64,000 nt of DNA, from contig NC_042998.1 of assembly GCF_006345805.1 (NCBI RefSeq), positions 155,434,001-155,498,000 of the forward strand. The letters run 5' to 3'. Every line of letters starts with the position of its first letter. The stretch's first letter is position 1. This DNA comes from Octopus sinensis (lineage: Eukaryota). Positions 12,386 through 23,999 of this stretch are shown here, piece after piece. The notes beneath the pieces were generated by a model. That model was not told where the DNA came from. It was given only the letters and a program-made list of their open reading frames with translations, and searched no databases. Both the position numbers and the translations under genes were made by a program.

Positions 12386-13111
12386 CTTTTTTCCTTAAGG
12401 TACACATTTTCCTCAGTTCTTCATTCTGGTTTAGCTGAAACTTAAAAACTTGTCTTGCAGGATGTTAATTTTTGCACCTTAGAGGCTAATTCTCATAGGT
12501 CAAGGCAAGTGGTCAAACATAGCAAGTCAAAAGTATAGCTGGTTGGGCTACTTTGATATAAGGGGAATACCTAATCCAGACTGTTAGTCAGCAACAGTCT
12601 GCAATGTTTGTTAGGTCTCATGGTTATGGATTTGAGTCAATAGGTTTTGGACTGGGAACAGTCCAAGAGGAACTTCCTCCAATGATAGGAATTCAACAAT
12701 ACTTCTGACCTCTAGTTAAATAATATTGCTGTTTTAATGAGAAAGAAGAGATAAAAGAAGTGAGGAAAAGATCTCTACAAAGAGTTATATGGAATGTATA
12801 ACAAAAGGAGATAATGAACACTGGAAAAATTGGACAAATAAAATACAAAAACATAAAACAGAATGTGAATTAAATGGAAATGTATAGGTAGCAATGAAGA
12901 ATCTTAGTGGAAAGGGAAGCAATGATATAGCAGGCCTCAAGAATAGGGTGATATGTTGGCAATGAGATTAAAGTGAACAAATCAGAAAGCAGTTGCAAAA
13001 AGTAAGAGGAGGGTGGTTAGAGGTAGGTTGTTAATACATCTAGAAATATATAGGCCATCAACCAATTAGTAGAACTGGGCTGAATGACAATTATCTATAT
13101 CTATAAAAGGC

Positions 13112-13146
<35 letters not shown>

Positions 13147-13261
13147 ATGAATGTAATTTATGCACATCCACAAATTAGCAGGCGTGTCAGTCCAATTTTA
13201 GGAGGATATTGGTTATGACCATGGGTGTGTTTTTGTCAACTTATTTTTCCCAAGATACCTG

Positions 13262-13521
13262 CATCATCATCATCATCATCATTGTTGTTCGACCGTGGTC
13301 GAGACAATGGAATTTACCATGCTACGCCAGACTTCATGGTCCATCATGGCATTACGGAGGGCCAGTTGCTGGATGCCTGTATCCCTGGAGATTACATCAG
13401 GGTAGGAGAGTGTGCGCCCTCTGGTATTGCGAGTAGATGGCTTCCAGAGGAGAAGAGTAGAAATTACTTCTTTTTCAGCTCTACAAAAATGTTCAGCAAA
13501 CTGGACTCTCCTACCTTTCAC
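13262..13521 (-). mobile_element. 3' fragment of a second RTE family with a (GAT)n tail
   Basis: KGRRVQFAEHFCRAEKEVISTLLLWKPS...VWRSMVNSIVSTTVEQ; same family at 62830-63358. Confidence 0.85.
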
Positions 13522-13529
13522 ACACCTGC

Positions 13530-14190
13530 GGATAGTGGCAGAAATCGATTTTCAACTATAACTTTTACCAATTTCCACATCAGTGAAATCTGCAAGTTTG
13601 CTAACATGAATTAAGTCCCCTGTCTTGCAACGGTGGAAAGAAAACAAAGGGTAAATTTTTAGATTAACACACACACAATTTTCACTAAGAAAAAATAACT
13701 TGGATGTTTTGCATGGAATCAAGTACCTTCACCTCCTAATATGCTGCAAATCCCTTATTTTGGTTTGGAAAAAAGTGGGGTAGAGTGAGGAAGAAGACTC
13801 CCCGCCATCCCGGAATCATTGGAATTTTTTTTTTTCTGTTGAATGAATTCCTGTGACCTCCTAATATGCTACAAAACCCAATTTTAGGGTCCCAAAAATG
13901 GGGTGGGGTAAGATGGAAGCCTTGGAAATTTTGCCCCCACTGATCTTTTCACCCTCACGATTTTCACTAAGGAAAAAAAATAAAAATCAGATTTTTTTTG
14001 CATGAAATCAAGTACCCTGACCTCCTAATATGCTGCAAATCCCTTATTTTCATTTGGAAATAAAGGGCTGGGGCAAGGGGAACCCCCCCATCCCAGAATC
14101 ATTGGGAATTTTTTCTTTTTTTTCGTTGAATGAATTCCTGTGACCTCCTAAATATGCTACAAAATCCTTTTGGGGTCCAAAAATGGTTTG
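13530..14190. repeat. Unclassified non-autonomous repeat with an internal ~280-bp duplication; related copy at ~17270-17620
   Basis: ttttcactaag...catg(g/a)aatcaagtacc...cctcctaatatgctgcaaatcccttattt occurs twice; ttttcaactataacttttaccaatt shared with ~17390. Confidence 0.5.
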
Positions 14191-14453
14191 ATATACCATT
14201 AAGTTGAAATACATAATGATAGATAAAATAATAAACGGGAGATAGGTAGACCTGAAGATTGGGGTTGTATATAAGGAGAGGTTCTGAAAGAGACTGCGTT
14301 TCTCAAGAACGTAGTATACAACCTCATGAAAAATGTGTAGTTGACATCTTTGAACATGAATAGTAAGTTTTAAATATAATATTCTATGACATGGTTGAAT
14401 CTATATTCTGATTTGATGAATTTATGAGGATTTCTGTCTCTAATGAAACTTTG

Positions 14454-14492
<39 letters not shown>

Positions 14493-14495
<3 letters not shown>

Positions 14496-16692
14496 GATCA
14501 AAATAAAAACATGATGCCAAGGATTCAGCAGTACATATGTTTCGGGCCTTTATTAGACAGATTTATAACAATGCATAATGTATGTCTGTGGCCTTCTTCA
14601 TCCGCGCACAACAACTTCCACAAGGACATGTGTTACATCAAAAATTCCTGGTTGGGGATGCAAATCCTCTCATTCGTGTACGACATAATGCGGCAGCAGC
14701 ATAGAATTGAAGCGTCCATCCCGTTCTTCTCTCAATGTAGAATGAGGGAATTTAGATGTTGAAGTAATGTAAATAAATTAATAAATAAATACATATATAG
14801 ACGTGAAGGGACCTGGTGATAAGAGTAAATAGGGGTAAAGATGGAGGGGCGAGAATTCAGGACAAAGGATAAAAAAATATATAAAAAGTGTAAGTATAGA
14901 AAAATGTAAAAGTGTAGAGTATAAAGATATAAAGAGATATAAGGGGATATAAAGAATATAAAAAAATATAAATGAATATAAAGGTATCAAGTTATACAGT
15001 AAGAATAGAAATAAAAGCAAAAAAATAAAAATAGGAATAAAAATAATAAAAAAATATATAAGGATAAGGGATGTATAGTGGTTACGGACCAAACATGGTG
15101 GTCAGGAAAATGACAAAATCCAGTTGTAGAATCAACAGGGGCGTCTGGGGACTTAGTGTGTTGTAAATCAGATCTGTTGAGCGGTTAATCTAGTTCCTTG
15201 AATTAAGCGGTCATCTTGTACATACATACCAGCATGGATACATACACCCATATACATGCGCACATATACGCACGCATACACAGCTCCAAGCATATAAGCA
15301 TACATACGTACTCACGTGTAAACATATACAGAAACACATATACACCCACACACATGTGCATATATACATACATACAACAGAATACGCGTATATATACCCG
15401 GACATTATCCGTGTACATATACATATATACATATATACACACACACGCACATACATATATACATATGCACATACACATATGCATACATATATGCACGTGT
15501 ATACATATACATACATACGCACATACACACACCCATATATACATACGTACGTCCATCCCTACATACACATACACAGATGCCCACGCATACCGGTTTAGAT
15601 ATAAGATAATAAAATAATAAAAGATGTGTATAAGAACGCATGTAAAGAATCACGCACTCACGTCTATACGTACACGCACACACGGCTGTGTGTCTATATG
15701 TGCGTGTACATATACATCTACATGCACACACAGAGACATACGCGCATATAGGTATAGCTATAAGATATAAAAAGATGTATACAAATGTGTGTAAATATAT
15801 GCATGTAAGAAATCTGCGAAAAGATGTAAAAAAAACATGTAAAAAAGTAAAAAACATGTAAAAAATTTTAAAAGTTTTAAAAAGTTATTAAAGGAAAATA
15901 TTAAAGAAAACTATTATTAAAAAATGGGGTATGCACATCCAGACGTAGATGTTTACTCGTACATACGTACACATATGTATATGTATACACACGTACACGG
16001 ACGCACACATAATTATAAAGTGGATCCATAGGTGAGTAAATAAGGGATAAGCAAAAAATAGACGTATATAGAGATATAAAGCGATAAGTTAGGGGTAAAA
16101 ATAGGAGTAAGAATGAGGGTAAGAATAAAACTTAGAAATAAAAGTAAGAAATACAGTATAAAATAAGAAATACAATATAAAAGTTAGAAATAAAATATAA
16201 AAATTATAATACCTATAGGAATTAAAAATAAAAATAGAATAGGATAAAGTAAAATAAAAATATAATCGGGTAAAACTTAACATGAGATGAAGGAAAAAAT
16301 AAAGGTTATTGAAAGTGTAAAGTTAAAGGTGTGTGCTAAAGGTGACCACGTAGGGGCGGGCGGGGGGAACTGAAAATTGGAAGGGTGGGAAGTGGAGTTT
16401 AGCGGTGTGCGCTCAACATCCGAGTTAGAAATGTGAAAAGGTATAGATATAGGGAAACAAAGAGTCTAGATAGGAAAGGTATATGCTGCTGCCGCATTAT
16501 GTCGTACGCGAATGAGAGGATTTGCATCCCCAACCAGGAATTTTTGATGTAACACATGTCCTTGTGGAAGTTGTTGTGCGCGGCTGAAGAAGGCCACAGA
16601 CATACATTATGCATTGTTATAAATCTGTCTAATAAAGGCCTGAAACATATGTACCGCTGAATCCTTGGCATCATATTTTTATTTTGATCAAT
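14493..16692. mobile_element. 2.2-kb non-coding element bounded by ~211-bp terminal inverted repeats
   Basis: 14493-14703 is the reverse complement of 16482-16692 (also visible as mirrored ORFs 14424+ and 16399-); interior is low-complexity. Confidence 0.8.
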
Positions 16693-16733
16693 TTACTCGT
16701 CCACCTACACCACCAAACGGTATATACAGGTGC

Positions 16734-16785
<52 letters not shown>

Positions 16786-17939
16786 TATATATATAATAGT
16801 GTGACACCTTCAATGCAACCTTTTCCAATGCAGCTCTTCGATGCAGACCTCCAAAGCAACCTTCTCCAATGCATATCTTCGATACAGCTTTGACCGATAG
16901 TACCCCTAGGAGGGGTTAGGACTAGATCGGGATTAGTTGCAGCCTTTTAGAGGCTCCCAGGCCCTCTTTCACTAGATTAGCTTAGGCTTAGGTTAAGTTG
17001 TGATCCTCTTCTGACACAGGATCGGGAGCCCTTTTGGGCATTCTATTTTCCTTACCAGAAGGGCTCCCAACCCATGGGCCAAGGGAGATTAGATGATGGG
17101 GGTGGTGGTTTCGAAAGGGCCAGCATGTGCAACCTGATCACCTCTGCCGGTCAAACTCCCAACTCATGCGTTCCTGTCATGACACTGGTTCTGCAGAACT
17201 GTGTTAGGTATAAAACTAACTTTAAAGTATAAAAATTGATTTTTTGAATCAGCAATGTGTTCAGTTAAGTCCTATTTGGGGTGAAAAATCAATGAACTGA
17301 TTCCTTATGGGGTTTTCCATTCAATCAGGATGAAAAATCAATAAACCTATTCATTATAGGATTTCCCACAAAAATTGGCTACACCCCATTTTCAACTATA
17401 ACTTTTACCAATTCTGACGTATTTTGTTCAAATTTGATGCCAGCATTACTTAGGACTCATGGGATCTTTAAATGCTTTAAGTTCTCCCAAAAAAAAAAAC
17501 AATCAATGAGTGGAAAAATCGATAAACTGATTCCTTATGGGATTTCCCGATCAAATTGTCTGCAAATCATTTTCAGCCAAATGTTTACCAATTTCAACAG
17601 ATTTTGCTCAAATTTCACGTTGCTGTTACTTACTTTGGTTTGAAACAAAGTGCTTGATTAGCTTAATAATCCTAACTTAATCGTGGGCAATGTCAGGCTA
17701 TGCTGCATATGCAGACATTGTTAAGTTAGAACGAGATGATACTTATAAAGGTAATTTGTGGCTAACACTAAAACTAGCAATGGTCTCACCTGAATAAAAG
17801 GGAATTAAAACTAAAACTAAAACCAAAGTTAAAAAAGAGTATGTTAAGTGGTATAAAAACTGAAACGTGATATATTCAACTTATCTACTGGAAGAATATG
17901 TTGTATCTACTGAAGAAATATGAAGAAGCCTAGACTCAC

Positions 17940-18028
17940 CAGCCAAATGATTGGTGATTCTAGGTCTTGGCATATTTCTACAGTGGAGAATATTTACAAG
18001 AAATGAAGCTGATGAAGCCAAAATAGAC
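17940..18028 (-). CDS. Possible host-gene exon (weak)
   Basis: cacattcag| acceptor and GCTG|gtgagt donor; one open frame SILASSASFLVNILHCRNMPRPRITNHLA. Confidence 0.3.
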
Positions 18029-18186
18029 CTGAATGTGCAAATGTTGTTTAAAATAACATAATGGTGCATATAAAAGGAAGCTTTGAGTAAAATTAAAATT
18101 ACATAGCTTTGTCTAAATAATAAACTTCTTTTGTTAAATTATCTGAAAATATGAAAGAAAAATCATGTAGAATTGCAGAAGCTCAC

Positions 18187-18246
18187 CATATGTAATTGTT
18201 CTTTATTGAGGCAATGCAAGTAGCCTTGTGCTGATATAAGAAATTA
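18187..18246 (-). CDS. Possible host-gene exon (weak; acceptor at 18230 or 18246)
   Basis: ATATG|gtgagc donor; frame (NFLYQ)HKATCIASIKNNYI is phase-compatible with 17940-18028. Confidence 0.25.
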
Positions 18247-18982
18247 CTAAAGTAGTGTAAAATGGAACAAGTACATAGAAGCTTTACCAAATATTTCAAG
18301 TGAAAGTATATTTAATAATCATGATAAATTGCATATCAATATTATGATATATTTACATTTATATTAAGCTATTTGGCACCCCTTACTTGCCAAATATTAG
18401 TAGTACAACTTCAATATTAGTACTGCAGTAAAACTAAATATACTTTAAGCATAGTAATATATTGGAAACATTGCACATTTCAAAATCCTTGGATCTTTGA
18501 TATTCTTAATATTTTGTAATTTTTGTAAATCCTGATCTGAAGATTAAACAAACTAAAACTTAAGATATAATTTAGAAAATTTTCTGTGCATTCAATGCTT
18601 CATTCTTATTATGCATTATTCAATGCTTATTGAGAAAACAAAAATGGAAAAACTTTAAAATGATCCAGTTTCTCAAATATGCAGCAAAATCATGACTATG
18701 GATTGTAGGAATTATTAGACAAGATACTTTTAATGACATTTAATTACTTCACTTTATGTACTGAGTTCAATGCCACCATGGTTGACTTAATATTTCATCC
18801 TCCTGATTACAATAAAACAAGTGCTCTTCATGCACTGGTGTCAATCTAATCAACTATGCTTCAGTGACTATATCAAAAATCAGCATTCTGGCAGTGCTCA
18901 GGCATAGCCTCAGTAAAATGACTGAAGCAAGCAAAAGAATAAAAGAATACAACTAAAGACAAAGAATAAGAAATATACTTAC

Positions 18983-19087
18983 TAAAGCAGAAAATACAGC
19001 TGGTTTCCTGTAAAGTTTTTGCTGTAGGCCATCAATTTTTTTACCAATTTCATCTTTCCACAGATCAGCAGAGTTTGAATATTCCTT
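18983..19087 (-). CDS. Candidate internal exon of the host gene (105 nt)
   Basis: ttaattttcag| acceptor and TTA|gtaagt donor; phase-0 frame KEYSNSADLWKDEIGKKIDGLQQKLYRKPAVFSAL (a second frame is also open). Confidence 0.65.
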
Positions 19088-19543
19088 CTGAAAATTAAAA
19101 GTAGATTGAATATCAAAAACATTTTACAGAAATATGATAAAAACATAACAAAACAATTTCTATTACTCAACCAAGATAGGTATATTTAAATATATTACAT
19201 GTTTGCTATTGCTTTTGTTATTATTTTGGTGGTGGGCAGTAAGTTTGAAATTTCTGAGACAGCAGTAAATACTCATTTATTTCATTAAATACCAACCAAG
19301 GAAAGGTAATTACAATGTTTCATGAAATACCAGATATAATGATGTTTTTGAACACACTGTCTGAGATGAGAGATTTTCATGTAAGTTTCTCCCAACTCAT
19401 GAAATTCACTGTATAATTTTTATTTATGTAGAATGCTACAACTAGCCTCCTTTGTCACTATTTTCTTTAATTACCTATATATAGAGAGAATTACTTTATT
19501 CAAAAACTGGGCTGGTAAATTCCGATATTCCTTGCCAAGTGTT

Positions 19544-19587
<44 letters not shown>

Positions 19588-19591
<4 letters not shown>

Positions 19592-22500
19592 TCTCTCCTT
19601 GTTTTTTCTGTGTCCCTTTCTGTAGAATAGCATAGGCTCAAAATGTAAAAGACTTTTTCTATTCCTGAGCGTTATACTAATACATCTGTTTGTTTTGTAC
19701 ACCACCTGTCTTTGTCTTTTGTTTTGTTTTTTCGCAAACTCTCCCAATATATCACACGCTCAGGTGGTCGCACATGTTGATCCTGTCATTTCTTACCACA
19801 CACGAACTTCTCCACTGGACTCTCTATCTACCCTTTATGGATTCTCGTTTGGACATTTACCCTCCGGCTGCACCTCTCCTACCTACGGACCACTGTGGAC
19901 TCTACTCTTGATGAGAAATACTTGCAATACACCAGGACGTCAAAAACCTTTGAACTTTACATAAAACTGTTATTATTGTCATTATTTTATATTTATATTC
20001 ATTTTTATACTTTCTAAACTTTCCTGTATTTTCTAGTCTTTCCTTTTGTCGTCTCTTCCTTCTCTGGATGTCCTTACTCTGTTTTCTCTAGTCTGCACCC
20101 GTTATTTTGCCTCCCTCTCTCTCCGTTTCTTTTCCCTCCTCATCTTCTCTTCTCCCTTTCTCTCTATTTGTTCCATCTTAATCGTTTTTATTTTATTTTA
20201 TTTTCTTCTCCCACCTTGCAAATATTTTCTTCTCCTCACACTGTTTTCTTCTTATTTATTTATTTATTACCATTTTTAAAAAATTTAATTTAATTTTCTT
20301 TTTTTCTTTTAACGCTTGTGCTTCTTTCTCCCCACACCCTTTGAATGTTTCCTTCCAACGTTTAATTTCCTACCCGCTTTTTTTCTTTTCTTTCTTCTTC
20401 TTGTTATTCTACCATGCCAGACTACAAATCCTACCTCCTCACTCTTCACCATCGCCTAAAAAAATACCTCTGCTTACTTCCTTCCCACTGCTTTCAGCCG
20501 TCCATTAACCTCTCTTTACTCATTTTCAAAAAAACTCGCTTCTCCAGCCACGTTTCATTTCTCAGTCGCTGCTTACATCACCACCTCATCCCTAAAGGTT
20601 TCCACCTCCATTTCCACCCCACTCTACTTCATCCATTCTACCCATACTCCGTACCACATCTTACCACCTTATGCATGCCACCATTCGCTCCAATCTCTCT
20701 AAAATACATACCATCGACTGCCTTCTCCCTACTGCTTTTTCCATCTTTTTCTCCTCTCTGCCGCCCTTCCATGCTCACATGTTGCGTTATATAATCCATT
20801 TAAATCATCTCTCATCAATTTCTTGCCAACACCAAACTTCGTAGACTCCACTTACTCCTCCATTCCATCACACCTGATGCCACTACCCTTCTCCCTCCCT
20901 GATATGCTCCACCCACCTACACCCAACCCCCGTCCCTCCAAATACCCTCACACCCCCCACCCCTCCCTCCCAGCCTTCCACCAGCTCTACCCCCTCCTAC
21001 TTCTATTCCATCCACCCCTTCTCCACTTTAGTCTGTTGTTACCATTCCCCCAGATCTTCCCCTCTCTGTGGCGGAGCGCTATGTCCTCAGTAGGGGTCTG
21101 CGTTTCATCCCCCTCAGTCCATCCTGTAATGAATTTCAGACACTTGCTGATATCCACAGCTTTCTGCGCCACATTAGGTTGTGTGCGCTTTTCCGCGACA
21201 CTCCACCCGCATCAAACGAGGAGGACTGCTTCAGTGACCTGGGCCGCTGACCATCCCAGTGGACGCCTGCTCCTGGCCAGTTCCAAGATGTGGATCTTTT
21301 TGTGGGCACCTGCCAGCGCGCTGTGGACCGGTTCAACTTCTCCAGGCATCCCTGTCGTCTCAACATCTCCCCAGCCAAACTCTTGGCTCTTTGTTCCCTC
21401 CGACAGCGCACTGACATCGTCATAAAACCGGCTGACAAGGGTGGAGCAGTGGTGGTATGGCGCACGGACCTCTACAAGGCAGAAGCTCTCCGCCAACTTC
21501 ATGACATCTCCTTCTACTGCCCTCTGACCCCACGCCCAGCTACCAACAGACAGTCTCCTCTACCATCCAGGACCTCATCTCATCCTCCTGTCTCCCCCAC
21601 ACTGCCTCCAACCTCATTGTCCAAACACCCCGCACCCCCACCATTTACTTCCTCCCCAAAATCCACAAACCCAACAACCCTGGCCACCCCCATCATCTCC
21701 ACCTGTAACTGCCCCACCCAGCTTATCTCCAAATATCTCAACCATGTCTTTGCCCCCTAGAGGCTCTCTCCCTTCTCACATCCATGACACCAACCATACT
21801 CTTCATCTATTCAACTCTTTCTCCTTCCCTCTTGGCCCCTCCAAACTTCTCTTTACACTGGACATCCAGAGCCTCTACATTGTGATCCCTGCATGCACTG
21901 AAACACTTCCTGGACCTCCGACCCAATCCCCAACGCGACACCTCCACACTCGTTTGGCTGGCAGAACTTATCCTTTCTCTTAACTGCTTCTCGTTCGTGG
22001 GCAAGTTCTACCAACAGGTCTCGGGAGTGACCATGGGAACGCGAATGGGCCCCAACTATGCAAACCTGTTCGTTGGCTATGTTGAGGCCCACATATTCTC
22101 CAGTCTCACTGGTCCCACTTCCGAACTATATGGCCGTTATATTGACAACTGTATCAGTGCTACCTTACTCTCCCGCAAACATCTAGACTCCTTCCTCTCT
22201 TTCGTCAAATCTTTCCATCCTGCCCTCCACTTCTCCTGCACTATCTCTGACACCTCTGTCTCCTTTCTTGACATTTCAGTTAGCATTCATCACTCCACTC
22301 TTACCACCTCCATCCACTACAAACACACAGACTCACACTCATACCTCAACTTCTCCTCCCACCCCAAACACACCAAGCTTTCCATCCCCTATTCCCAATT
22401 CCTCCATCTATGCAGGCTCTGTTGTGACAACCATGACTTTGAGACTCAGTCTCAACTCATGGCTCACCACTTCATCCTATGTGGATATCCCCTCACCACT

Positions 22501-23855
22501 ATCCACACCGCCCTTGACAGAGCACGTTCCATGGACCATGCATCTGCTCTCTCCCCCGAACCCACCCTGCAGTCTCCCACCTCCCCTTTCCCCTCATCTA
22601 CCACCCCACGCACCATTCTCCAAGCTTTCCGGCATCTCCAGTCTGACCCGTCCACTTCACACATCTTTCCTAACTGACCCCTCTCCTCCTTCAAATGAGC
22701 CCACAACCTATGAGACCTCTTGGTCCACAGCTTCTTCCCCAACCCTACCTCCCAACCTGGCTCGTTCCCCTTTTCCTGCCCACACTGCCACACTTGCCCT
22801 TATCTCTCCAACACCACCCTCCTCACCGGCACCCATCATCGACCCTATCGCATCACCGACTCCTTCACCTGCACCTCCAGCAATATCATCTATTGCATCT
22901 CCTGCTCTCTCTGCCATTCTCTGTACATCAGACAAACAGGATGCCGCTTGGTTGACCAGTTCGCAGAACACCTCCGAGATATCCGCCTTGGCAATGACAC
23001 CTCGGTCTTATGCCATTTCCGCTCTACCGGTCACTTTTGCAACACCCGTCTGTTCGGATTGCCCTTGCACAGAGGCCATCCGGACTCCTGTTTGTGCTGT
23101 GAACAGGGATTAATCTCTCTTTGCTCCTTTACACCATTTGGGCTCAACTCTCCTCCCCTTGCTCTCTCACCCTCTCTCCCACCCAACTCTCCTCTCTTGC
23201 CCCGACTCCTACATCTCTTCACCCCTACTCTCTTTCCCTCACTCTCCTTCTCTCCCCTCTCCCTCCTACTTCCTCCCACCCAACTCCTACTTCTCTTCAC
23301 CCCTACTCTCTTACTCTTTCACCCTCTCTTTCTCTTCTCTCCTCACATACCCACCTTCCCCTCCCCCATAAGCCCACCCACCCCATCACATTCCTACTCC
23401 CCCTTCCCTATCCTTCCCATCCCCCATCCTATCCCACACACCCTCTCCCACCTCTACACCCACCCTCTGCCTACCCACACCCCACCCGTGCTTTCCCCAC
23501 TCTTGCCTTCCCCACCTCACAACACACCACCCACACACCCATCCCCACATTTTCACACCTACACATACATACATACTCTTATACGTTCACGCACCTTCGT
23601 GTTGGGGGTCATCTTTATTTGTTATCTCCCCTACTTCTTCCCTCTCTTGTGTGACCCTTGTGTCCAAAGTCAGTCGCCATGAGAGATCGTTAGCCACTAC
23701 ACACATTTTTTTCTCTCCTTGTTTTTTCTGTAGAAGAGCATAGGCTCGAAATGTAAAAGACTTTTTCTATTCCTGAGCGTTATACTAATACATCTACATC
23801 TGTTTGTTTTGTACACCACATGTCTTCGTCTTTTGTTTTTTTTCGTAAACTCTCC
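19588..23855 (+). mobile_element. Near full-length Penelope-like element (RT + GIY-YIG) with direct pseudo-LTRs, inside a (TA)n tract
   Basis: IVIKPADKGGAVVV, TLDIQSLY, GVTMGTRMGPNYANLFVG, YIDN, FLDI; GIY-YIG FTCTSSNIIYCISC...YIRQTG...FAEH; 19588-19745 repeated at 23705-23855. Confidence 0.92.
20414..23113 (+). pseudogene. PLE ORF (RT + GIY-YIG endonuclease), frameshifted
   Basis: ORF pieces at 20414, 21068, 21290, 21744, 21997 and 22720. Confidence 0.85.
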
Positions 23856-23867
23856 CTATATATATAT

Positions 23868-23910
<43 letters not shown>

Positions 23911-23999
23911 AGAAAGTAGGAAGAAAAATAAGTGAAAATGCACACTGGAAATCCAAAATAGTAAAGGCTTTTTATGAAAAGTAACAATAGATATATACA

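Larger units (their letters stand above)
8890..12386 (+). mobile_element. Decayed Ty3/Gypsy-type LTR retrotransposon with an internal deletion removing most of the integrase
   Basis: Direct terminal repeats 8929-9195 and 12034-12313; gag with CCHC knuckle (CYRCRETGHIASEC); RT (YIDDILV); RNase H remnant (~11300-11490); integrase tail (RTIKTIAERGHISSVEAVFWYN). Confidence 0.88.

Noticed and set aside
15203-15857. Long ORFs rich in Y/I/C/V/H, also at 26383-26796, 53032-53361 and 54540-55864
   Set aside because: Translation artefacts of (CA)n/(TA)n microsatellites
16626-16660. Hammerhead-like ctaataa-aggcct-gaa-acatatgt-a, mirrored at ~14525-14560
   Set aside because: G5 missing, helix II too short and no helix I pairing; not called a ribozyme
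23031-23682. Proline/histidine-rich ORFs, also at 32475-33191
   Set aside because: Low-complexity C-rich 3' region of the PLE, not genes
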